Shown piece by piece: positions 9,796-19,207 of a stretch of 47,498 bases of DNA. Position 1 is the stretch's first letter. Each line of letters begins with the position of its first letter. Source of the stretch: Ignavibacteriales bacterium CG07_land_8_20_14_0_80_59_12 (lineage in GTDB: Bacteria > Bacteroidota > Ignavibacteria > 0-14-0-80-59-12); the NCBI GenBank assembly GCA_002779395.1, contig PEWR01000053.1:1-47498 (forward strand), read 5' to 3'. A program made the translations under genes and the position numbers. Under the pieces are notes generated by a model. It did not search any database, was not told the DNA's origin, and was given only the letters and a program-made list of their open reading frames with translations.

Positions 9796-9981
9796 GTCTC
9801 TCCCGCAAGGTGGTTCCTCTTCAGCTCACCGCACAGTCCTTTTCCCCGCAGTAGAAAGGAGTTGTGGGCTCGCCGGAGCGTCGGCACGGTCTGTTTCCGC
9901 ACCGGGGTTAGCAATTGTGAATGTGCAAAAACTGTACTAATTTACGCCACACCCTGTAGAGAAGCAACAAGAGTCTCAGAG

Positions 9982-10725
9982 ATGAAACAGGCAACTCCCG
10001 ATTTCACCGGCCTCTCCCGGAAGGCATTCGACTTCATGAAGGGGCTGCGGAAGAACAACAACAAGCAATGGTTCGACGCACACCGCGAGATGTACGAAAA
10101 CGATCTTGTGGCACCTGCCCGGGCGCTCATTTCACAGCTCGGCGAGTTCATCCATTACCTCAATCCCGCCTTTGAAGTGGAGCCGAAGTTCAACAAGGCG
10201 ATCATGCGAATTACGAAGGATATGAGGTTCGCGAAAGGGGCTCCCTACCGCGATTACTTTCTCGTCCGGTTTGGGCGTTGGAAAATGGACAGCGAGCTGT
10301 TTCTTGTCTGGACCTCGGAGGGGCTGGAAGTCGGCATCTTTGTCAACAACAGTCCGAAGGAGGACACATCATTCTTCCGGGCAAACGTGACACAGGCGCC
10401 TGAGTTGTTTGTCAAAACGTGCAACGAGTTTGGCATTGGCCGCACATTTTCAGTATTCGACCTCGCCGGCGACAACGAGACCATCATTCCGCGGTTCGAC
10501 CCCGCACGGGACAAAGACCGGATTGCACAGCTCAGGATGTTCCTTATCGAGAGGTCGCACCCTCCGTCGCACAGGCGTCTCTACAGGCCTGAGTTCCTCA
10601 CCGATATCATGACGATCTTCTCGCGGCTTTATCCCATCTGGATATTCGCCGCCTCGACTCATCCCGCCGATGACCTTGAACGCTACCGTTCCCTCGTCGA
10701 CCCCCACGATCTTCCGAAGTCGTGA
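9982..10725 (+). CDS. DUF2461 family protein
   Basis: From ATG 9982: AFDFMKGLRKNNNKQWFDAHREMYE...MRITKDMRFAK, the DUF2461 N-terminal pattern. Confidence 0.75.
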   Translation: MKQATPDFTGLSRKAFDFMKGLRKNNNKQWFDAHREMYENDLVAPARALISQLGEFIHYLNPAFEVEPKFNKAIMRITKDMRFAKGAPYRDYFLVRFGRWKMDSELFLVWTSEGLEVGIFVNNSPKEDTSFFRANVTQAPELFVKTCNEFGIGRTFSVFDLAGDNETIIPRFDPARDKDRIAQLRMFLIERSHPPSHRRLYRPEFLTDIMTIFSRLYPIWIFAASTHPADDLERYRSLVDPHDLPKS

Positions 10726-10842
10726 GGCGTTGATCGCGACGACGGATTATTGCGGCATGAGCTTCAGAAGGTTGGGAGCGAGGTGAGGACCTAGCCTGTT
10801 CAGCGTTCCATGCTCCCGCCGCGCGCCGTGGGATTCAAGGGT

Positions 10843-10871
10843 TTGCAAACATTTGTCGGAGGTTTTATATT
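10843..10871 (+). promoter_or_regulatory. Promoter for tRNA-Ser
   Basis: TTGCAA, 17 bp, TATATT; about 50 bp upstream of the tRNA. Confidence 0.55.
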
Positions 10872-10924
10872 GAAACAGGTTTGGACACCTGCACCCCATG
10901 GAGGCTGCCAGGGGTCTTGCAAAT

Positions 10925-11015
10925 GGAGAGGTGGCCGAGTGGCTGAAGGCAACCGCCTGCTAAGCGGTTATAGGGGCTAAAACTCTTATCGGGGGTTCGA
11001 ATCCCCCCCTCTCCG
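10925..11015 (+). tRNA. tRNA-Ser(GCT)
   Basis: GGAGAGG acceptor stem pairs with CCTCTCC; D-arm GCCGAGTGGCTGAAGGC; anticodon arm ACCGC-CTGCTAA-GCGGT; long variable arm; GGTTCGAATCC. Confidence 0.96.
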
Positions 11016-11022
11016 CACCACA

Positions 11023-11053
11023 AAGCTCGCCGAAGGGCGGGCTTCTTTTGTTT
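11023..11053 (+). terminator. Intrinsic terminator after tRNA-Ser
   Basis: AAGCTCGCC-gaag-GGCGGGCTT followed by CTTTTGTTT. Confidence 0.75.
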
Positions 11054-11257
11054 AAAGAGAGGAAGAGCAGCCCGGAGGGTACCGGGATGTTGTCGGATTG
11101 GTTTACAGTTTTGTTTACACCTTATCCGACACTTCCCTGTAGAGAACGGAACGCCCCGTGCAGCTTTCCCACCTCGGCCAAGAGGTTGCAGTACTGCGCG
11201 GGGCATTCACGCAAAACTTGATTTCGGCCGGTTCGGAAAACTTGCGACTGCGTCGCG

Positions 11258-11286
11258 AATATACATCACGCACGGGGGGATGTCAA
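11258..11286 (-). promoter_or_regulatory. Strong sigma70-type promoter with no downstream ORF
   Basis: TTGACA (11286-11281), 17 bp ending in TG, TATATT (11263-11258). Confidence 0.65.
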
Positions 11287-11364
11287 GAGGTTGGCGCTTC
11301 CGGGCGGAACCTCCAGGCGGCAGGTCGAGCGTGCGGGATCGATCTTGATGTTGTGTGCGCGGAT

Positions 11365-11594
11365 GAAGCGCTTGCGCGATCTTCCGTGTTCCGAGCCGGG
11401 GGTTCTGGAGCCTGCCTGCGGCGGGCAGGAGAGTCCTGATAGTGACCCACTGATCCATTGTTAGCACCTCGATAGTCTCCTCCTGAAGGTTGGCAGAAAA
11501 GGGAAAATAGCCAATCTCCCCGCCGCAGGCGGGTGATCAGAGGTGGGTCAATTTTCAGCGGGAAAAGTGGGTCAGTTTTCGGTGGTAATTAACA
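11365..11594 (-). mobile_element. IS21-family left end plus truncated istA start
   Basis: Minus strand TGTTAATTACCACCGAAAACTGACCCACTTTTCCCGCTGAAAATTGACCCACC (TG end, tandem binding repeats); ORF from 11467 MLTMDQWVTIRTL...GTRKIAQAL resembles the IstA HTH start. Confidence 0.75.
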
Positions 11595-11621
11595 GCAGCC
11601 TCCTAAAGCTGCCTGGACAAG

Positions 11622-11690
11622 GGTGAGCTTGATCGCCCCACTGTGATTCCTCGTATTGGTCTCCCGACGAATGGGACGACCAAGCTCAAC
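11622..11690. repeat. Imperfect inverted repeat (REP/MITE-like hairpin) downstream of the porin gene
   Basis: GGTGAGCTTGATCGCCCCA (11622-11640) versus TGGGACGACCAAGCTCAAC (11672-11690). Confidence 0.5.
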
Positions 11691-11729
11691 TTATTGGCTC
11701 CCTTAGTTAAGCCTTCCGGATTTGCACCG

Positions 11730-12839
11730 TTAGAAATCTACCTTACCAGACACGTTGAGAACGAGTGCTGAATTCTTGTCTCCGCCCTTTATTTTTGTGG
11801 TAATGCTTTGCGCTTCCAGGGCGATAGAGAAACCGTTACCGAAGGGGAAAATCAAGTCACCGTAAATAACCGTGTTTTGTTCGGTGGCACCGGGCGACAG
11901 GTTGTCGGTTTGGTTCTTATCCATACCGAATCCCGCTACCATGTTCAAGTTGTCGAAGGGTTTGGAAATGGCATTAACCCACAGGCACAGGCTTTTTTTG
12001 TCATTATTCCTGGAGCCATTGCCCGAGATGCTGAACAGGTTGGCGTTGAGTAGATTTTTGCCCACGTTGACTTCACCTTTCAGTGCTAACAGCGGATTGA
12101 AGGGCAGGTCAAAATCTAAACCAAGCCCGGTAGTGTTATATTCGTCATCCCCTACGTCTGGATTTGGATCGTAGGAGGCGTGAACGAAGTAAACACCAAC
12201 CACGCCTTTCTTCAGCAACTTGGCGGATAGACGGCCCTGGATCATGGGTAGGGTAGCATAGTTGTCTGCACCCAAACCGACAGCCTCTTTTGACCCTTCA
12301 CAAAATGCCAGTTGCACCATCGGCGCTAAGCTTTCCATCGGTATTTTGTAGAGTAACTGAATCTGGCCGCGGCGAAAACCCAGGTTGCCAGCATACCACA
12401 TATTTCCGTTAGTGTTGTTGGTAGTGGCATTGTTGGGGGAGAATATATCCCACTGTTGTCCGAAACGTAGTTCAAAGTTCCCGGCTGCCATCCAGGCGTA
12501 AGCCAGGCGTATGCGGGGCTTGGCATTGGCATCAAATCCCTCCCCGAAGAAATCCAATTCCAGCGTTCCACCGACTTTGACATTGTCGCCTGTGCTACCT
12601 TTCAGGCCAAAACGGGTATGCATGGCCGTAAATCCCAGCGCGGCAGTGTCCGCGCCACTGGCACGTTGCGCTGCTGATAGGTTGGGTTTATCAAAAGAAA
12701 GGACGCCCTTAGTGGCATAGACCATATCACCCTTGATAAATCCATAGGGCTTAAGCTCTAAACCACCAGCTATGGCCGTCGGGACAACTAGAAAACTTGC
12801 CAAGATCAGCAGTAACGAAAAGACTCCTAGTGATTTCAT
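11730..12839 (-). CDS. Outer-membrane porin, DcaP-like
   Basis: AGGAGG RBS before ATG 12839, signal peptide, PYGFIKGDMVY, TRFG, ELDFFG, PRIRLAY, FGQQWDIF, C-terminal Phe. Confidence 0.75.
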   Translation of the reverse strand: MKSLGVFSLLLILASFLVVPTAIAGGLELKPYGFIKGDMVYATKGVLSFDKPNLSAAQRASGADTAALGFTAMHTRFGLKGSTGDNVKVGGTLELDFFGEGFDANAKPRIRLAYAWMAAGNFELRFGQQWDIFSPNNATTNNTNGNMWYAGNLGFRRGQIQLLYKIPMESLAPMVQLAFCEGSKEAVGLGADNYATLPMIQGRLSAKLLKKGVVGVYFVHASYDPNPDVGDDEYNTTGLGLDFDLPFNPLLALKGEVNVGKNLLNANLFSISGNGSRNNDKKSLCLWVNAISKPFDNLNMVAGFGMDKNQTDNLSPGATEQNTVIYGDLIFPFGNGFSIALEAQSITTKIKGGDKNSALVLNVSGKVDF

Positions 12840-12861
12840 AAATCCTCCTGCTAAGTTAAAT

Positions 12862-13193
12862 GGGTCTTCTCCCAACTGAGTGGGTAGAATTCAGGTGAAA
12901 AAGTGAAAAGCGTGTAGGAATGACAAGGCGTTTGGGTTTTAAGTATGCTCAAGTTTTTGTATCTTGAACAATGCATAAACGCAAGCGCCTCCTCGATGCC
13001 TAATGCAAGCCGGAAAACAAAATCTCGCTCGGCTTCGCTGAAGGTCTCAACAACAAGATCCGGGTCATCCAGCGTCGAGCTTACGGACTGCGCAATGAGG
13101 GGTATCTCAGGTTGAAGGTCCTGACATCCACCCTCGATCACCTATGAACCCCAAAAACAGCTGAATCTTACCCACTCGATGTGGAGAAGACCC
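12862..13193 (+). mobile_element. Internally deleted ISL3-family element (332 bp)
   Basis: Termini GGGTCTTCTCCCAACTGAGTGGGTA and TACCCACTCGATGTGGAGAAGACCC; 8-bp target duplication AGTTAAAT (12854-12861, 13194-13201); internal GFAEGLNNKIRVIQRRAYGLRNEGYLRLKVL is the ISL3 transposase C-terminus. Confidence 0.9.
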
Positions 13194-13358
13194 AGTTAAA
13201 TAATAGTGGCGTGATTTGAAATTCTGAATACGGATTGCAACACAGGATCCTACTTCGAAGCGGGAGTCTTTGTCTGTCAATCTTCAATGTATCCTCCTTT
13301 CTCAGTTGGTTAATCACGTTTCTTGCTTTGTCCAAGGCATCAAAAATGATGGTGCAGG

Positions 13359-13390
13359 AAAAAAGTCCCCCCTACCGCGACAAGGGGCCT
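13359..13390 (-). terminator. Possible intrinsic terminator after fdhB
   Basis: Minus strand GCCCCTT-gtcgcggt-AGGGGGA followed by CTTTTTT. Confidence 0.4.
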
Positions 13391-13482
13391 CTGGATTTGA
13401 TTTAAGGTGCCGGTGGAGAAAGCCTGAACCCCCAGGGCCAGAACTATCCCCCCAACAAACTACGCCATTGCTTCATTTAAAT

Positions 13483-14238
13483 TCACCCAGCTTGTTTCCA
13501 TCCTCTTTCACGCCACTTGAAGACTAGGCCCAGGATGCCCAAAGCCAGGGTAGTGGGAGAAAGAATCCTGTTCCAGCCAAAATGGTAGGTTCTTTCTTCC
13601 CTCAAACCCATCTGGAACTGAGCTTCGGCTTCGTGTAACAAGTAAATCCAACGCACGTCGTCAATGTCCAACAGTTGGGCACTGGGATGGGCGACTTTGA
13701 TCTCCTTCAGCCGCTGGTTGGCCTGAGCCAGAATCTGATCACGATCGCCAAAAGTCAGGGCCCCAGTAGGGCAGGCTTTGACACAGGCAGGCACCAGGCC
13801 ATTGGCAATACGGTCCTTGCAGAAGGTGCATTTGACCCATTGCATAGTAACCGAATTTCGGCGTGGAATACCGTAGGGGCAAGCTTCCTTCAAATCCATA
13901 TTGCCCAATTCCTTGGTCTTCTCCGTGTAAAAAACCGCACCATTTTCATCCACCACAATAGCGTCTTTGACTATGTCATCAGCCGAATACTTACAAGGTG
14001 GATCTACACAGTGATGGCACTGGTCCTTGAAGAAATTCCATTTCACCTGGCCATTTCCTTCCACTTCCTTAAAACGAACCAGAGTATACGTGAAGGCCGA
14101 TAGATCAGGTGGGTTTTGATAGGAGCCCCAATTGACGGTCTGTTCTCCCGGTAATTGGTTCCATTGCTTACAGGCCACCTGGCATCCCCGGCAACCGATG
14201 CATTTGGAGAGATCCACTAAAACGGATTTGCCTTTCAT
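13483..14238 (-). CDS. fdhB: Formate dehydrogenase iron-sulfur (beta) subunit with a short C-terminal hydrophobic tail
   Basis: CIGCRGCQVACKQWN, CHHCVDPPC, CPY, KCTFCKDR, PACVKACPTG. Confidence 0.92.
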   Translation of the reverse strand: MKGKSVLVDLSKCIGCRGCQVACKQWNQLPGEQTVNWGSYQNPPDLSAFTYTLVRFKEVEGNGQVKWNFFKDQCHHCVDPPCKYSADDIVKDAIVVDENGAVFYTEKTKELGNMDLKEACPYGIPRRNSVTMQWVKCTFCKDRIANGLVPACVKACPTGALTFGDRDQILAQANQRLKEIKVAHPSAQLLDIDDVRWIYLLHEAEAQFQMGLREERTYHFGWNRILSPTTLALGILGLVFKWRERGWKQAG

Positions 14239-14242
14239 AATG

Positions 14243-17200
14243 TCACACCTCCTTTCTGACGTCTACCAGGAAAGCCTTGGATTCCTGAATCATGGTGTTT
14301 CCATCGCCGATATTCGGTACTAAGGTATTGGCGCTATCACCCGTGGCCAGTCCCATAAAGCCGAAACACCATGGTAACCCCACCTCATGAATGATATTGC
14401 CCCCAATATTAAAGGGCTTGTATCTTGAAGTGACCATGGCCACTGCCCGAACTTTGCCTCGAGCCGATTCCACGACGCACCACTCGCCATTTTTGATGCC
14501 CAACTCCTTGGCCAACTCCTTACTCATCTCCACGAACATATTGGGTTGCATTTCCACTAGCCACGGCATCTGGCGGGTCATGGCGCCCGTCTGCCAATGT
14601 TCGCTGAGACGATAGGTAGTGCCTACAAAAGGATAGCGGGGATCACCTACCTGAGCAAACTTATCCATATCGCTACCCACAAGGTCCCAACGCTTGGAAG
14701 TGGGATTGAAAAGGACGCTGGACATCATATTTTTGACCGGGCATTCCAGCGGCTCGTAATGTTCCGGAAACGGGCCGTCAGCCAGATCTGGCCCAAAGAT
14801 TCGGGCAAAGCCTTCAGACCTCATGATGAACGGATACCTGGTTTCGGCCTCATTGACCATGGGAGGCCAGCCGCCATCCGGAATATCGCCAACCCAGGCG
14901 CCTTTGCCTTCATTGGATGTGGCATCCCAACGGATAACCGGATGCTCTTTGTCCAAGGGCTGACCAGTTTTATCCACCGAAGCCCGGTTATAAATAATTC
15001 TTCGGTTCAACGGCCAGCACCAGGCCCATTTAGAATAGAGACCGATGCCGGAAGTATCTTTGGTATCCCGTCGGGCCGCCATATTGCCATCCTCGGTGTA
15101 ACTGGCGCAGTAGATCCAGTTGCCCGAAGAGGTGCTACCATCGTCCATTAGCTTGGCAAACGAAAGCAGAAGTTTTCCCGTCTTCAAGTCGTAGCCATTG
15201 ATCTCCTTGGCCACCGCATGAATGTCTACCTTGCCATTCTTAGCATAATCCCATTTCAGCTTGGTTATGGGTTCTGGAAAGGTACCGCCCTTCGTCTCGT
15301 ACAGTTTTTTCACCCGCAGGTACAGCTCATGAATGATTTCGCCATCGGGTTTGGCTTGGCCGGGTGAATCGACGGCTTTGTAGCGCCATTGCATCCAGCG
15401 CCCACTGTTGGTGATACTCCCCTCTTTCTCCATGGAAGCGGCACAGGGAAGCAAGAATACCTCGGTCTTGATCTTCTCGGGATTCACACCCGGTCGCTTC
15501 CAGAAAGCGCCCGTCTCAGTCTCCCAGAGATTTACATTCACCATCCAGTCCAGTTTACCCAGAGCTTCGCGAGTCATCTCTGCATTGGGCCCACTACAGG
15601 CTGGGTTCTGGCCCCAGGCAAAGAAGCCTTTAAATTTCCCAGCATACATAGCCTCAAACAGAGAAATCCAGGAGCAATCCTCGCCGTCATCCAATTTAGG
15701 CAAGTACTGATAGCCAAACTCATTGGCTGGTTGGGCATGGTCATCATACAGGGCCTTGAGCAGGCTTACCGAATATTTCGCATAATTGCCCCACCAGTTA
15801 GCACTCTTAGGATCACTGGCTTTGGGAGTGTACTTCTCGTTGTAAGCCTTCAAGGTAACATCTGAGGCGCGGGGATTTTTTAAGTATCCTGGTAGAATGT
15901 GGAACAACAAGGCATGATCCGTAGAGCCTTGCACATTGGACTCTCCTCTCATTGCATTCACCCCACCGCCTGCGATGCCGATATTCCCCAGAAGCAACTG
16001 TACAATAGACATTGCTCGAATATTCTGGGTGCCCACGGTATGCTGGGTCCAGCCCATAGCATACATAACAGTACCGGCCTTGCCCGGTTGCCCGGTAGCC
16101 GAATAGGCCTTGTATACTTTCAATAACTTCTGCTTTGGCGTACCGGTAATAGCGGAAACTTTATCCAGATCATAGCGAGAAAAATGTTTCTTGAGCAATT
16201 GAAACACGCACTGGGGGTCTTGCAAGGTTTTATCCCGCTTGGGGAATCCCTTTTCATCCACCTGATACTGCCAGGTGGCTTTGTCGTATTTTCGTTTGGG
16301 CTTGTCGTAGCCGGAGAAGAGGCCATCCTCAAATCCGAATTTTTCGTTGATCAAAAACGAGGCATTGGTGTATTCCACCACATAGTCTTTGTGGTAGAGA
16401 TTGTTGTCCAAAATATACTTGATCATGCCGCCCAAGAAGGCGATATCGGTTCCGGAACGCAATGGCGCGTAGATATGCGCTTTGGAAGAGGTACGAGTAA
16501 ATCGGGGATCAACGCTGATGAGGGTAGCACCACGTTCTATGGCTTTGGTCACCCATTTAAAAGAGATAGGGAAAGTTTCAGCAGGATTACTCCCCATGAT
16601 CAAAATACAATCGCTATTCCTAATATCGATCCAGTGATTGGTCATGGCACCTCGGCCAAACGACTCTCCCAGAGCCGCAACAGTCGATGAGTGACATACA
16701 CGCGCCTGGTGTTCGATATACACCAGGCCCAAAGAACGCAAAAACTTCTGGTACAGCCAGCACTCCTCATTGTCCATGGCCGCGCTTCCCAGAGACGCTA
16801 GACCATCAGTGCGATTGAGCACCTCGCCTTTGGCGTTCTTAGCCGTAAAGGTAGCGTCTCTGGCCATTTTGATACGTTTAGCAATCTCATCCAACGCCCA
16901 GTCCCAAGACTTCTCCTCCCACTGGTCACTGTAAGGCGCTCGGTACATGACCTTGGTGATTCGCCGATCATTATTGGCCAACTGATAGAGCGCACTCCCT
17001 TTGCTACACTGCGAACCCTGATTGATGGGGTGATCCGGATCCCCCTCGATATTGATCACCTTCCCTTCTTTGACCGATACAATTTGGCCACAGCCCACCG
17101 CACAGTAGGGACAGATGGTCGTGCTCTCCTGGGCGTATTTGATTCTCAGTTCTTCCTCAGAGGTTTTGGCAGGCCAGCTATCCCACCCGAAGCGACTTAG

Positions 17201-17260
17201 CATCGCTCCAGAGGTCATTGCGCTGGAAACCTTGATGAATCCTCGTCGTGAAATATTCAT
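14243..17260 (-). CDS. fdnG: Periplasmic formate dehydrogenase-N type alpha subunit (Mo/W-bisPGD), Cys at the Sec position
   Basis: Tat motif SRRGFIK; CPYCAVGC...C Fe-S motif; HQARVCHSST; GRGAMTNHW; RGESNVQGSTD; PEHYEP. Confidence 0.95.
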   Translation of the reverse strand: MNISRRGFIKVSSAMTSGAMLSRFGWDSWPAKTSEEELRIKYAQESTTICPYCAVGCGQIVSVKEGKVINIEGDPDHPINQGSQCSKGSALYQLANNDRRITKVMYRAPYSDQWEEKSWDWALDEIAKRIKMARDATFTAKNAKGEVLNRTDGLASLGSAAMDNEECWLYQKFLRSLGLVYIEHQARVCHSSTVAALGESFGRGAMTNHWIDIRNSDCILIMGSNPAETFPISFKWVTKAIERGATLISVDPRFTRTSSKAHIYAPLRSGTDIAFLGGMIKYILDNNLYHKDYVVEYTNASFLINEKFGFEDGLFSGYDKPKRKYDKATWQYQVDEKGFPKRDKTLQDPQCVFQLLKKHFSRYDLDKVSAITGTPKQKLLKVYKAYSATGQPGKAGTVMYAMGWTQHTVGTQNIRAMSIVQLLLGNIGIAGGGVNAMRGESNVQGSTDHALLFHILPGYLKNPRASDVTLKAYNEKYTPKASDPKSANWWGNYAKYSVSLLKALYDDHAQPANEFGYQYLPKLDDGEDCSWISLFEAMYAGKFKGFFAWGQNPACSGPNAEMTREALGKLDWMVNVNLWETETGAFWKRPGVNPEKIKTEVFLLPCAASMEKEGSITNSGRWMQWRYKAVDSPGQAKPDGEIIHELYLRVKKLYETKGGTFPEPITKLKWDYAKNGKVDIHAVAKEINGYDLKTGKLLLSFAKLMDDGSTSSGNWIYCASYTEDGNMAARRDTKDTSGIGLYSKWAWCWPLNRRIIYNRASVDKTGQPLDKEHPVIRWDATSNEGKGAWVGDIPDGGWPPMVNEAETRYPFIMRSEGFARIFGPDLADGPFPEHYEPLECPVKNMMSSVLFNPTSKRWDLVGSDMDKFAQVGDPRYPFVGTTYRLSEHWQTGAMTRQMPWLVEMQPNMFVEMSKELAKELGIKNGEWCVVESARGKVRAVAMVTSRYKPFNIGGNIIHEVGLPWCFGFMGLATGDSANTLVPNIGDGNTMIQESKAFLVDVRKEV

Positions 17261-17323
17261 GTGTCTCGTTGGCCTCCTTTCTTGAAATCAAGTAAGGTAG
17301 CCTTAACCGGAATTTCTTTCTCC

Positions 17324-18217
17324 TCAAAGCCACCACTGTCCATTCTGATACCCCTCTTTCTCCGCCGCAATATCTAGCTCACAAGTAGTCAGATCTTCAG
17401 CTCGCATCTGAATTTCTCTTTTTTCGGGCAGCCTCCTTTCATCAATGGTTTTGAGATACTTCTTACAATTTTCACAGACATCCACCCGATAAGGGCTTTC
17501 TTCCTCCACAAAGAAGTAACTCAGGCGGTTATGGTCCTTGTTGGAACAGAAAGGACAATGAATTCGCTGAAAAGCCCATTCGGAATTGCAAAAGGAACAC
17601 CAGAGGATTCTCTTGCCCGTTTCTTGTTCTAATCTTGCCATGCCAGGTGGGTTACCGCAAATCGGACAGTAGCCTCTGAGCCACTGTTCATCACTGATCT
17701 TATTCTGCAAACCGTGAGCATAGGATTCGAGGAGGGGATTGGCTAACATCCTGGCCAAGAATAGAAGGAATCCCTTTTTTACGTTGAGTTCCGCAGAGAC
17801 AGTTTGAAAAAATTCCTGATCACCGGAAACCACTTTTAGAACCAATTTTTCCAGGTCCAGGTGGTATTTATCCCTGGCCGATTTTAAATTGATAATGTCC
17901 GATTTATTTTCCCCCTGGTATCTTTCCATCGTAGCTAAAAGGTCCTGAAATAAACCTTTCAGGAAGTCGTTATTCAATTTCACTTGTTCAAAATCCAGGA
18001 TAGGCCGTCCCTCAGATAAACGTTGCTGGACGTCAAAAGATTGAATTTGACGGTTTATATTTTTTTGGCTAACTCGTCTTAGATTTGTGAACTGGGCTTT
18101 TAGAATATCTTCATAAAAGTTAAGATACTCAGTCGAAAGCTTTCCGTCTTTTCTTAATCGGTCAATCTGTCTGTTTATGAAGTCGATATTGGTCATATCA
18201 TTCAATGCCCTAAACAT
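17324..18217 (-). CDS. fdhE: Formate dehydrogenase accessory protein FdhE
   Basis: CPICG, CSFCNSEW, CPFC, CENCKKYLKTID Cys pairs. Confidence 0.9.
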   Translation of the reverse strand: MFRALNDMTNIDFINRQIDRLRKDGKLSTEYLNFYEDILKAQFTNLRRVSQKNINRQIQSFDVQQRLSEGRPILDFEQVKLNNDFLKGLFQDLLATMERYQGENKSDIINLKSARDKYHLDLEKLVLKVVSGDQEFFQTVSAELNVKKGFLLFLARMLANPLLESYAHGLQNKISDEQWLRGYCPICGNPPGMARLEQETGKRILWCSFCNSEWAFQRIHCPFCSNKDHNRLSYFFVEEESPYRVDVCENCKKYLKTIDERRLPEKREIQMRAEDLTTCELDIAAEKEGYQNGQWWL

Positions 18218-18424
18218 GGGTTAATTTATCAGAGTTCAGTTCCGGCTGAAAAAAAATAATCACAACCGATCTAAAGACACAGTTCTGGTTCGCTCCGAAA
18301 CAAGCACCGTGGCCAGAACCGCTATTTTAATGCAGTTTCCCTCGCCTCCATTACTCCAATAATCCATCCATCCAATTCTTGCTATTCGCGAACAACGGAA
18401 GAATAACACCATTCATTCTTGAAA

Positions 18425-19207
18425 TCAATTTATGCGCCAATCATGAGTATAGACATTCATTCTCTTTCCGCGAGCGAAGCCGACCATAGTTAATCCAAAT
18501 TCATCTGCCAGTTTGATGGCAGCACTGGTAGGAGCCGTTCTGGAAACCAGGATGGGCATACCTGCTCGAGCCACTTTTAACACAATTTCTGAGGACATCC
18601 GGCCGCTGGTCAAAACAATTTTATCAGCGGTAGTTATTTGGTTTAACAAACATTCACCGATGATCTTGTCCACCGCATTATGTCTGCCTATGTCCTCCCG
18701 AAAGAGGATGATCTCCTCACCCTGACCCAGGGCACAACTGTGTATTCCGCCAGTAGATTCAAACAAAGACGATGCCACCTGCAAGCTGGTCATGAGCCGG
18801 GATATGGCCTCTGCATCAATTCTCAGATCACTTCGCATAGCAGGATTCGGTAAAAAATCCCTTTGTCGGTTAAACATGATCCCCCTGGCGCAACCAGAGG
18901 TGACCGTCCTTCCCTTTATGAAATTTTCGTCAATCTGAAAATCCTTCGCTAATCTGACCCAAACGATTCCTTTGCTCTGGTTGAGAATCAAACTCTCTAT
19001 CTCCTCTCTGCTCTGCAAAAAGCCTTCTGAAAAGAGAAAGCCTACCGCCAGCGCTTTCTGGCGATCCGGTGAACAAAGCAGGGTCACCAATTCTTTATCG
19101 TTAACGAAAATAGTTAAAGAGCTTTCCTTAATGACCACATCGTTTTTGCTGAGCCGCTCACCCCCACGGATTCCGAGGATTTCAAAGGTTTCAGTCAGTT
19201 CGGTCAT
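18425..19207 (-). CDS. fdhD: Formate dehydrogenase accessory sulfurtransferase
   Basis: LAVGFLFSEG, TSGC, TGGIH, EDIGRHNAVDK, TSGRMSSE, GFAR. Confidence 0.95.
   Translation of the reverse strand: MTELTETFEILGIRGGERLSKNDVVIKESSLTIFVNDKELVTLLCSPDRQKALAVGFLFSEGFLQSREEIESLILNQSKGIVWVRLAKDFQIDENFIKGRTVTSGCARGIMFNRQRDFLPNPAMRSDLRIDAEAISRLMTSLQVASSLFESTGGIHSCALGQGEEIILFREDIGRHNAVDKIIGECLLNQITTADKIVLTSGRMSSEIVLKVARAGMPILVSRTAPTSAAIKLADEFGLTMVGFARGKRMNVYTHDWRIN

Noticed and set aside
9355-9981. Long N-terminal extension of the 456-aa ORF
   Set aside because: It overlaps transketolase on the opposite strand; DUF2461 similarity begins at ATG 9982
12851-13141. 96-aa minus-strand ORF
   Set aside because: Antisense shadow of the ISL3 transposase C-terminal fragment
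13202-13480. Moco/tungsten riboswitch between fdhB and the porin
   Set aside because: Only a vague CTCCCG resemblance; I could not build the conserved multi-stem structure by eye
14243-17260. Selenocysteine read-through in FDH alpha
   Set aside because: The ORF is continuous and the catalytic codon is TGT
18345-18378. CTCCATTACTCCAATAATCCATCC short degenerate repeat
   Set aside because: Only about three degenerate units, too short to support a function
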